Part shown: one piece after another, positions 59,001 through 64,000 of the stretch | Layout of the letters: every line of letters starts with the position of its first letter | Position numbering within the stretch: position 1 is the stretch's first letter | Position numbers and translations under genes: made by a program | The notes under the pieces: model-generated | Seen by the model: only the letters and a program-made list of their open reading frames with translations | Database searches by the model: none | Told to the model about the DNA's origin: nothing | IMG/VR virus record: IMGVR_UViG_3300028591_000162 | Length of the DNA: 64,000 nt | Reading direction: 5' to 3' (one strand) | DNA from: an uncultured virus (IMG/VR IMGVR_UViG_3300028591_000162) | Lineage: Duplodnaviria > Heunggongvirae > Uroviricota > Caudoviricetes

Positions 59001-62000
59001 CTTGTCGATGGCATCGTCAATGCTCTTTGCGAGGTCGTTTACTTCTCGCTCACTTCTTGCAGACGGGAGTTTACTTTCGACTTCGCTTGCAACAGTTGCT
59101 GCTTCGCTTGCAAGAGCCTCTGTATTTGCTGCGACTTCTTGCTCTGTTTCTTTTCTTTGCTCATTGCGTTCTTGTTTTAGTTTGTCGGTTGCCTCCTTTG
59201 CCTCACGCTCGGCTGCTTGCTCGCGCACGATGTGTTCAGCGGTGGCAACAATATCCTTTGCACCCTCTTTGTCGAAGTTCATCACATCGAATGTGCGTAC
59301 CTCGTCGTAAGGGGTCAGTTCTTTTTCATACTCTGCCATTTCGGGCAGGTCACGCGCTCCGTTGTAGAATGATTTGAGATACGGACGCACATTCTCGCCA
59401 AGGGCTTCAATCATCTGCTTGGCAAACTCGGCAAACTTTCGTGCGCCATGTTTCAGCATGAGGTAACTCATTTCAACACCAAGGGCAAACGCTTCGGGGT
59501 CAACTCCCATGTTCAACTGTTCACCAAGTTTCTGACGCAAACGCCTACGAAGTTCCTCAAAGCGTTCTGCATCTGCATCGTCAACCCACTTGCTCTTGGC
59601 TTTCTTCTCCTCCTGCTTGGGCTGCTCGGTGCTTTCTTCCTGCTGCGGTTCCTCTATGTGGTCGCTCAACTTGGCTTCGCCCTTTTCGTTGAGTTCACCC
59701 ATAAGGCTCTCTACATTGACTTTCTTCGGTTCGGGCAAAGCGTCCTGCACCTCGTCTGCATTGGCTTTTGTGCCGTCGGTGAACGTGTATTCCACCGTGC
59801 CGTCCTTGTGGTGCGCCACAAAGATGTCCTTATTAGCATTGTGCTTCACGGAGAAAACGCGGTCACCACCGTGATACTCCTTGACAGGCTTCGGTAGTTC
59901 TACATTCTCCCAATCCGTAACCTCATACAGCACTGGTGCCATACCAGTGTCAAGCGTTACTTGCTTTGTATCTGCATCATGGATGGTTGCTTCCTTGCCT
60001 TTATACATAATCTTGTCACCCAATTTCACGCCATGAGCGGCAAGGGCATCGTCGCGCTCTGTCTCTGCCATCTTCTTGCGGATGTCAACAAGGAACTGCT
60101 CGTATGCCTTTCTGCGTCCGTTGAGGTTGGCAAGTGCGTCAAATGCCTGTGGAATGGTCTCACCTGCTGCGGTAGCCATGCCGTCCTCAATGGTTTTGGC
60201 ACGCTTGCGCAGGTCGCGGATAACATTTTCAATACTCTTGATATTGGGGATTGCTCCACGCTTGCGGTCATTGAGTACGTTGCGAAGTCCTGTCAGTGTC
60301 TTGTCATAGACATCATCCTCGCGGTCATAGTCATATTGTGGAGTGGTCTGTGGCTCTTGCTCTACCTTGATGGTTTCATCAACGGCTTTCATATCTGCCT
60401 GGTCGGTGACTGTTGCCACGTCTTCTACAGACAAAGGCTGTGCATCCTGCACGGCTTCCTCATTGCTCAAAGCCTCTGCAAGTGCTTTTGCGCTGTCCTC
60501 GTCACGCATCATGAAACCGCCTTTCTCTCTATCCCACCAACCACGGCTTTCCTTTGCGAGTTCCTTGCCGGCACGAATTTCATCTTTCGACAACTCTCTG
60601 CCGAAAGTAACAAGGTGCATCGGTGTGGTCTTACCTTTCTTGTTGGTGTAGGTGGTCGGCTCGATGGAGTAACCTGCGGTCGGCTGCTCACCAAGTTGGG
60701 TGTCGCCAAGAGGCTTCACGCTGCTGTACTCCGCAAACGGCTTCGTCTTGCGGTGGCTGCTGTCAATCCACTTCTTGAACTCCTCTTTGCTGACAGGAGT
60801 AATGGCACCAAGTCCCTGCCAACCGTCTTCATAGTTGGAGAGGTATGCCTTTCGTGCGCTCTCGATGTCGGGGAAACCATACATCACCTTGTGCTCGTCA
60901 AAACTGCCGTCCTTGTTCACTTGGTCAACGACAAACACATCACCCTGCGAGGGGTCTTCTGAGAAGAACACGTCGATGTGGTCGCCATCAACGCCCTCTG
61001 TGCCGCGAATGTAGCCGTAGGTGTTCTGCATTTCCTGCTCCCACTGCTTGCCGCTGGCATCTGTACCACGACGTACAGAACCTTTCGGGTTCTCGATGGT
61101 AACGTCGTAGCCATCAATCTTGACGTGTCCTTTCTTGTAGTTACCAGCCTCTTTCTGTGCTTCGGTAGGCTCGGTATTGGTTTCCTGCTCGGCTGCTGCC
61201 AATGCTGTTTGCACGGCATTAGGCTCTGCTTCTACTGGTTCGGTAGCCTCAACAGGTTCTGCCTCTACTGGTGCAGGTTCGGCACTGGGTTCTGCTGTTG
61301 CTTCGCCATCTGTGCTGACTGCTGGAGGAGTGCCATCTTGTTGAACGCTCTCTGCTTTTCTTCGCTCCACGGCTTCTGCCCGGGCTGCTTCGATTTCTTT
61401 TCGTTTGCCATAATTCTCGTTTATAAATGTGATTACGTCTCGCAAGATGTCCTCGCGGCTCTGAATGCCACCTGCGAACAGGTCGGCTTGTCCTACTGCG
61501 CTTTGTCTCGCGTTGTTATTGTATAATTGAAGTGTAGTCTTCAGCAAGGTAACGCGCTTGTCATTCAGCACGTCAGCAAGCATCAGCATGGTAGCATTAT
61601 TGAAGTCTGCTACGGTCTGCAACTCGTCGGGGTCAGCAAACAACACACCTTGACGTGCGTATGTGCTGACTATCTCGCCGTACTTGGCACCGCCTTGTCG
61701 TGCATCAAAACACAACTTCACGGCATCTGCCAACTCTCCCTGCAAAGACCAGTCGCCACCAAGGGCAATGTTATCGACAATCTCACCAAGTGCGGTGATA
61801 ACGGTCTGACGCATGGCTGGCTCTGCCGTGAGCATACGAACTACTTCGGGGTCGCCCTCAAAGGCTTTGCCGATGAGCATATTTTCCAAAAACTCACGAC
61901 CGACGGCACTCAGTTTCTCCTGTCCGCGAACACCGTCAACCATTTCTGCTAACTGCGCCTGTGGAACAACACCTGCATTGTGCAGGTCATAGACTGCGCC

Positions 62001-64000
62001 AAGGCTCGCTTCTGCATCGTTGTAGAAGTCGCCAAGCGTGTCATAGCCGTTGATGGTTCTGACAATACCCTTGAAACTATCGTCGTTCACTGTCTTGCCA
62101 AGTTTCACGGCTTGCTCAGTCTTGTTCTGCGACTTCATTTCCTGTTGGTTGAACTTCGCAAAGGTCTCTGCCGTGTATGGCATTGCCTCATCGGGAACGA
62201 ATGACACACGCGGATGCTGCATCGCTTCAACCTGTTCGGGAGTGAAGCCAAATTTGGGCGCGTACTCTTTCAGATAGTTCACGTATGCGCCATCGGTATT
62301 GTCACGCGCTGCCAGTTCACCGGCCATGGTACGACCGTTGCCCGATAACACAACACCATCGTTGCTGACAACTGGAACACTCTGCAAGGCTCGCTGGTCA
62401 TATTGACGCGCAATGCTCTGTGTATGCTCCTGCGCGTCGTGGTCTCGCTCATAGTCGCGGTCGTTCACGCTGTTGTCGTTGGCATCCATCGGGAAACCGT
62501 CAGTCTTCTGCCATGTTTCGGGGTTGTGGCTTGGGGATGATGCACCACTCTCATGCAGGACGTAATGACCTTTCAGCGGTGTTCCGTCGGGCAGCATGAT
62601 TTCGTCGCGGTGTCCGTCAACCTTTGTGGCATTGTTCCACTTCTCGGTAATGGCTGGCATCGGGTTCTCGTTGCCAACTGCCTTACGCTCTGCCTCGGCT
62701 TGCTTGCGTGCCTCATATTCGGCTTGTGCCTCTGCAACGGCTTCATCATGACGCACGGCATCCTCTGCCGCTCTGCGTTCATTCTCCACACGCTGTATAT
62801 CGTTCTGAATGTTGCGCACTTGCTGCCAGTAGTCCAATACGCGCTGTGCCTCGTCAATCTTCTCTTGACGTTTCGCCTTTGCCTCGTTGTACTTCTTGAT
62901 GCTGGTGCCAACTCTTGGCATCTGTGCCGACTTCGCCTTGACAAGTGCGCTCTGCGCTGCCTGTGTCTGCGCTGCAATAAATTCGTTACCCTCACTGCGT
63001 GATAGTCCTGCCTCGTTGAAAATGTAGGCATGGGCGCGTTCGGGTGTGGTGGCTTGCCAGTCTTCTTCACCATCCTCACCAACAGGCATAGGCTCTGCCG
63101 TTGGCTGCTCAATTGGTTGTGCAGGTGCTTCGGCTGGTTGTGTCGGTTGAGGCTCTACCGTCTGCACTGGCTCCTGTACTGGCTGTGGTGCGACTTCGGC
63201 TTGCTGCTCAACAGGTGGGGGAGTAGTCTCTACCGTTGCAGGTGTTTCAGCGGAGGCTTCTTGTACTGGTGCAGCTTCGGGCTGCTGTGGTGCAACATGG
63301 CTCACAACCTTATCAACGAGTTTGTCTTCATGGTCGTGCTTTACCTCACCGTCCATGAAATACTCGATGATGTTTCCGTTTGCGTCGGGAACAAAACTGC
63401 CGTTCTCATAGCGCACACGTCCCATCACCATTGCAGGTTTCTCGCTGCCGTCCTCGTCGCGTATAGTCAACTCCATGTCGGCTGTATAGTCGGCTGGCGC
63501 ACCTGCCACACGTCCGTCAGTCTGTGGCTGTGCTGGTGCTGAGGCTTCGGGCTGCTGCGCTGCTGGTTCTTCGGTGATACCATGACGCTGACGATAGTCT
63601 GCAGATGCTTTCTCGTCTCTGATGCGCTGCAACTCTGAACGCTGGACGGTTGCTTGTGTGCCGTCGCCAAGTGCTACGGTGATGTTCTCACCGTCTGCAT
63701 CGGTAGCGACAACAACGGCTTCCTCACCAGTAGGCAACACCAACTGCTGACCAGGTACAAAGCGAACAGTGCCTTGTGCCTCGTCAATCTGTGCTTGAAC
63801 GTACTCCTGTCTGCTGCGCTCGATGTCGGCTTCACGCTGTTCTGCGGTTGTCACCTCACCAAGCGAAGAAATGCCGGTATCAGCGGACGGGTCTATCTGC
63901 TTGCGTTCTCCAGTGGCAGGGTTATATATTACGACAATGTTGTCACTCGAAGCCTTGTCAACAACCGAGCCGTCGGGCATCATCTGCACATTGCCATCAA
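47040..64000 (-). CDS. Giant polyvalent DarB-like protein (>5650 aa, 5' end outside window): ParB-like, PPase-like, N6-adenine MTase, SNF2 helicase, metallopeptidase-like domains
   Basis: VLSGNGRTMA; YGYIRGTEGVDGDHIDVF; LEGSAGIG/TNVPF; AHEVGTGKT/DEAH/QRNGRILRQG; HETIAH; frame open to the window edge. Confidence 0.88.
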   Translation of the reverse strand, partial: DGNVQMMPDGSVVDKASSDNIVVIYNPATGERKQIDPSADTGISSLGEVTTAEQREADIERSRQEYVQAQIDEAQGTVRFVPGQQLVLPTGEEAVVVATDADGENITVALGDGTQATVQRSELQRIRDEKASADYRQRHGITEEPAAQQPEASAPAQPQTDGRVAGAPADYTADMELTIRDEDGSEKPAMVMGRVRYENGSFVPDANGNIIEYFMDGEVKHDHEDKLVDKVVSHVAPQQPEAAPVQEASAETPATVETTPPPVEQQAEVAPQPVQEPVQTVEPQPTQPAEAPAQPIEQPTAEPMPVGEDGEEDWQATTPERAHAYIFNEAGLSRSEGNEFIAAQTQAAQSALVKAKSAQMPRVGTSIKKYNEAKAKRQEKIDEAQRVLDYWQQVRNIQNDIQRVENERRAAEDAVRHDEAVAEAQAEYEARKQAEAERKAVGNENPMPAITEKWNNATKVDGHRDEIMLPDGTPLKGHYVLHESGASSPSHNPETWQKTDGFPMDANDNSVNDRDYERDHDAQEHTQSIARQYDQRALQSVPVVSNDGVVLSGNGRTMAGELAARDNTDGAYVNYLKEYAPKFGFTPEQVEAMQHPRVSFVPDEAMPYTAETFAKFNQQEMKSQNKTEQAVKLGKTVNDDSFKGIVRTINGYDTLGDFYNDAEASLGAVYDLHNAGVVPQAQLAEMVDGVRGQEKLSAVGREFLENMLIGKAFEGDPEVVRMLTAEPAMRQTVITALGEIVDNIALGGDWSLQGELADAVKLCFDARQGGAKYGEIVSTYARQGVLFADPDELQTVADFNNATMLMLADVLNDKRVTLLKTTLQLYNNNARQSAVGQADLFAGGIQSREDILRDVITFINENYGKRKEIEAARAEAVERRKAESVQQDGTPPAVSTDGEATAEPSAEPAPVEAEPVEATEPVEAEPNAVQTALAAAEQETNTEPTEAQKEAGNYKKGHVKIDGYDVTIENPKGSVRRGTDASGKQWEQEMQNTYGYIRGTEGVDGDHIDVFFSEDPSQGDVFVVDQVNKDGSFDEHKVMYGFPDIESARKAYLSNYEDGWQGLGAITPVSKEEFKKWIDSSHRKTKPFAEYSSVKPLGDTQLGEQPTAGYSIEPTTYTNKKGKTTPMHLVTFGRELSKDEIRAGKELAKESRGWWDREKGGFMMRDEDSAKALAEALSNEEAVQDAQPLSVEDVATVTDQADMKAVDETIKVEQEPQTTPQYDYDREDDVYDKTLTGLRNVLNDRKRGAIPNIKSIENVIRDLRKRAKTIEDGMATAAGETIPQAFDALANLNGRRKAYEQFLVDIRKKMAETERDDALAAHGVKLGDKIMYKGKEATIHDADTKQVTLDTGMAPVLYEVTDWENVELPKPVKEYHGGDRVFSVKHNANKDIFVAHHKDGTVEYTFTDGTKANADEVQDALPEPKKVNVESLMGELNEKGEAKLSDHIEEPQQEESTEQPKQEEKKAKSKWVDDADAERFEELRRRLRQKLGEQLNMGVDPEAFALGVEMSYLMLKHGARKFAEFAKQMIEALGENVRPYLKSFYNGARDLPEMAEYEKELTPYDEVRTFDVMNFDKEGAKDIVATAEHIVREQAAEREAKEATDKLKQERNEQRKETEQEVAANTEALASEAATVASEVESKLPSARSEREVNDLAKSIDDAIDKVNDQLALLGYYEAEPVESDFNEAYGYMRNAEKKAVKNVTELFKTLTKELGISDPVVYDTKGKKQKSVTANIAPAGGDVTMRFMLNRDKGVELYIDFMLEPDYENNRDNLVLKGIMFRPEKNLPNGGRDYLRANNFFPVDVTVPQMLQGIRSVCQEWLPAEDYVAMAQRIAAENAGNQQEKPSKERKSKKKSVSLQEQTIPDLFSGLFSEDLKPTSNEQEVHVQPRTSTTERERGHQREQNEPLGESKQNEDERPDAGGVVRRSGNDTKSDTAGGSRVSELSDGKQNVKPAKPEPAPLAESERKNTHNNHAERGTDYAPKGTSARIEANIKAIETMQRLIESGEPATPEDMSVLRKFSGWGGLGAAFKEKVSSGDSGYNPRLRDDYQPANPINERLRELLSPEAYEAANMSRNSAYYTPAPVIDAMWDVARAMGFRGGNVLEGSAGIGNIIGLMPTDMSERSNIHAVEIDETTGNILSLLYPDANVEVKGFEKTFVPNGSVDLAITNVPFVTGLRVMDETGDKDLSRKFHDIHDFCIAKNVRKLKEGGVGIFITSSGTLDSPNSAKLRTWLVNEGGADVVGAFRMHNQTFGGTGATSDIIVIRKRVNGRKSANAIDVSGTLPIRTVKYNTGETKRGSSEVIVKDLALDVNKHFVEHPEDMAGEMAFAFEKGDTYRATSKALYPSPSINQEQRLSEWAQQFKDMDWDKAEERESQQVVYEDLGEDVKEGSMLLDSDGNLCLAQRGKAVPINVNANKVKGHTKAECFNAYKAIKDALADVLEYQTTHSDDSGLQQRLAKLNKAYDSFVKTYGHLNKNTSISFLRSDMDYPSIAALESVSETGDKSGKRIVTYGKTDIFSRRVVETESEPKPTTIKDGIIASIYLNGRVDVPYIAEQLNMSDSDVRQQIIESGLGFENPTTTEMEVSYEYLSGNVREKLRQAQENNTDGRYDANIKALERVIPMNIPAHLIEFTLGSSWVEPKLYEDFVKERTGLDVKLTNAGGTWIMSEPYYTNTEQNRAMGVISEKCDKTIYGHELIKAAITCKSISVTKTISTGYGSSKTTETIVDKEATMACANKIDEIRQDFKDWARGKMQGDPEMSERMERVYNELFNNSVPKEIPDEFVPEHFGGAATVVNGKPFKLRPHQAKAVIRATTQPLMLAHEVGTGKTYTLISTAMEMRRLGTARKPMIVVQNATVGQFVASAKALYPNAKILTLEDADRNAEGRRNFYAKIRYNDWDMIVVPQSVFERIPDSEERQIRFIEDKVEEKMMVLEKMREAANDDRDPVLRQAQRELDQLNDELNDLKLALQERKAGGKTEKDEKREAKTRQNAMVKAQEMLDRETDDVANFDDMGIDALLIDEAHEYKHLGFATAMQRGVKGVDPSYSKKSQGVYLKTQAVLENKNGKNVVFATGTPISNTAAEIWTFMRYLMPADTMREYGIYYFDDFVRNFGNIQQMLEFSTNGKYKENNRFAGYVNLPELVRIWAGVADTVLTREAGGVSDKIPKMDGEKAQDIYLPQTKALRGVMKFVKDQLDDYEKMSGKEKKENSHIPLVMYGIAKAAAVDARLVLEDAADEPNSKTNEAVRQTLRSLEDTKEYNGTVAIFADNYQNKATGFNLYEDIRKKLIDAGVPEAQVVVMKSGMSIKKKLEIFDKVNRGEVRVIMGSTFTLGTGVNIQERLHTLIHVDAPNRPMDYTQRNGRILRQGNLHNEWGIPVRVLRFGVEDSLDVTAYQRLKTKGAIADSIMEGKKMMSNSMENRVLEEEQDLFGDITAQLSGSQYALLKNQVEKEVKKLEARKKQWEADQTYVHNQKPRLKALIKDSEERAKRNKEALAKVEAAKNDGITIGKMKFPSLDAMGDYIKDYNSKQREQQEQVRTASGYQAEAKSDLTVSVGGFDFHIHRVITKEQKQEKGQLSLSFFSKTQMTYSCPQLGLEDVPVDGQRLKSALEDILENVLSGDDFREKAEYADRAAERYKGELQQVEARDGKPFEYADELKQAKEKLAEYEELMKAEMAEKEAKYAEMDASVEAAKGVQLSDEDSDDITEDTAKYRIREDEPPTKTGIGYKVFVLKDGKLYPPMVANPNGEATPVGVWLDADAAPVAGVTKTGRQQVKAGGKGTQGGSGKLAYRPGWHLGEIPYALQFNRMNPETGQRELFPANFVWAEVEYANDVDYQEEAMSYGMNASGKFQHSLAGLPRLPENGSYRYRTNPDPNTDPWVITGAMKVNRILKPSEVDAMVEAAGREPQQRQAGAITDEQVEALNAKVKRTMQEDRDMMRSAVLQMGEKLHTNINIIEDVNEITHPNAAVQERRRKSKGWYDTATGQVNIVLDNNKNIDDVKASVGHETIAHKGLRELVGEENYDEFLDETYQHLRDDLKKGVDAAAGRAFVDDATKNGKRAKSYEQHRRTAVDELFGRMAEKPFEEFSEGERTLWQKIKATVRRLLDKFLGSLKLPKWFELGDNELRYILWRSKEHLERGKEHPIDLARDIVKREELGLTDEARYNMGDAPETFKARQRRAAENKGTVMPGLNDAQVKVVDVPRHQYKGRNILDQARDAAIERYNKQVGTNEDGTPKWEAIPQYYNNYGISFFYEITPKALKSLVQHHTKSDNVGVHAAVLDKLHEVINGSIEYEEDPDVPKINGVRDISKGVNNNVLIHRFIGAVRIDGKTYRVISKIKEYRETHLSARPSTYQVTEIEVFDEETPNTPNGSKRANGYVHVAKLLKDFEKKHDGGKKILDESKIADESTDLYRDPDETEDIWNDQSLGLQERITAAATRLANNHRDNKTLRNDAMRAIGGNLSDLRKAMSLQRTFDMTTVKRVADLARVLMNNGYLNGLTQQEVKRLLAAVKNSVGHNDIEGDVQKVMDIMVDNQLKHAEDTLHELEAIRGSKVDARGVEVQGQLDPAGAHTMKVFKKTRGWEKTDIEEAISEAQQRMGSSDVAVADEAALEYTGLQLALEYAENIKDSKVEERKLREEIKQAHDDASERDRATDSYRQYIASLQEAIRQNKIERAQSYFDLVGRLSDSLRESIANAKDFKEAEKQRIREIQHNANSDMEGRPSDEHYKPTFADKFVNNSFVSFLFAPLATFDQMLRMFGSKSANGEGYLYNRFMRGWIDARQQEINGVRDKYAILDAKAAELFGGKVKTWGDLIRRVGKLPKGTVSFWNGGEMQERELTQGNLMYIYMVNKMLDGRMKLRKMGITEENVADIEEVLDPRLIELADWLQDEFLVQTRNEYNETHKRMFGASMAAIEHYFPLKILANARADKPEDLDNPDKSDGISTATGSIIKRRRNALALDITGADALSVILDHVAQMEHWNAFAEFNRDINTLRTYKRFRNQVQNMTTIYGSGKELWKKFNDVCQMAAGTYRPPRTKLDEAAVNFAKGVTAAKVSFRMFTALKQFLSMPAYIPEARTDYLLRNIANPVGAWKWSMEHLPIFSERWRSRMSGDPRLLKSDMDWKMWRTRLMQLASRAGMSPNAFVDALTVSIGAHSMYQTRLAQYLRDGYSEADAEKKAVQDAEVLYNQTQQSSEGAFTSTMQVDRSWLSVLFTVFRNASMSYQRQLHDAFRNFKHNLTPGGRARSIEFMTKQLLRDKGIEPQKDGNWSDADWQREEQVAKRKFRRQLLKDTLRVATFGYIMQFAWNLGAYLPYLLFGDDEDEKQKMWDDVWAHTAFGSVEGLTGGDLMSQAGQMMLTGEGNPAYLSKDMPLTSDIMAAFQKLGNGQHTEALNDMINLIVQAGLGVNPQSITDVALSIMDACGDDPTLAHEATICISRILQVPQSQIDKMYFDEVGLSGDEVSKYTPAQLAERYAQFKVKRGRFFSPWSWGDEERIKKFTDKANKTIKERTEQMGDDKVNEAYLQYEEVYKGVDAKVKEAKKTAKTDYVEAAQLMADAQSDPNAFATYQMFKQMDGNFNKIVKFYLGAKTPDEAALCRQAVLDYKSAMVKVLDAPDAATRAEAMGNLGNVMQEFTQKYVPMQQPNR

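Larger units (their letters stand above)
1..64000. mobile_element. Bacteroidales temperate phage / probable phage-plasmid (partial genome; no ends or integrase visible in window)
   Basis: Portal, terminase, capsid, tail, lysis, repressor, primase and ParA genes; Bacteroidota TAnnTTTG promoters throughout; no host housekeeping genes seen. Confidence 0.9.

Noticed and set aside
32519..63670. Many long + strand ORFs (e.g. 33962-35041, 40037-41461, 45843-46970, 53577-54854)
   Set aside because: Antisense shadows of long minus-strand genes; no recognisable motifs

Overview
The window is a large part of a temperate Bacteroidales (Prevotella-like) phage, probably a phage-plasmid. Left arm (1-21 kb, mostly + strand): ssb, a repressor/Cro-like switch, a primase-helicase fusion, a type Ib ParA/RHH partition pair with an 8-bp centromere-like array, and many small early genes (ASCH x2, DUF5131, C5 methyltransferase, YopX, an alpha-CTD-like protein). 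Right arm (21-64 kb, mostly - strand): a >5600-aa polyvalent DarB-like protein running off the window, portal, terminase, scaffold, capsid, a 2808-aa tail/adhesin protein, a lysis cassette and adaptor proteins. The most striking system is a nuclease-dead Cas12f-like protein (10669-11865). It is surrounded by three cassettes, each a near-identical 94-nt tracr-like scaffold fused directly to a mini CRISPR array (36-nt repeats, 28-30-nt spacers). No cas1/cas2 and no sigma factor are present in the window, so this is a candidate phage-encoded, multiplexed RNA-guided DNA-binding regulator. Also present: a DGR whose 116-nt TR/VR pair differs only at 14 TR adenines, with no avd and an RT carrying a C-terminal fusion; and a five-copy promoter motif CAAAAGATAAC-N23-TAnnTTTG before structural and lysis genes. 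All calls come from motif recognition by eye; no database searches were run.
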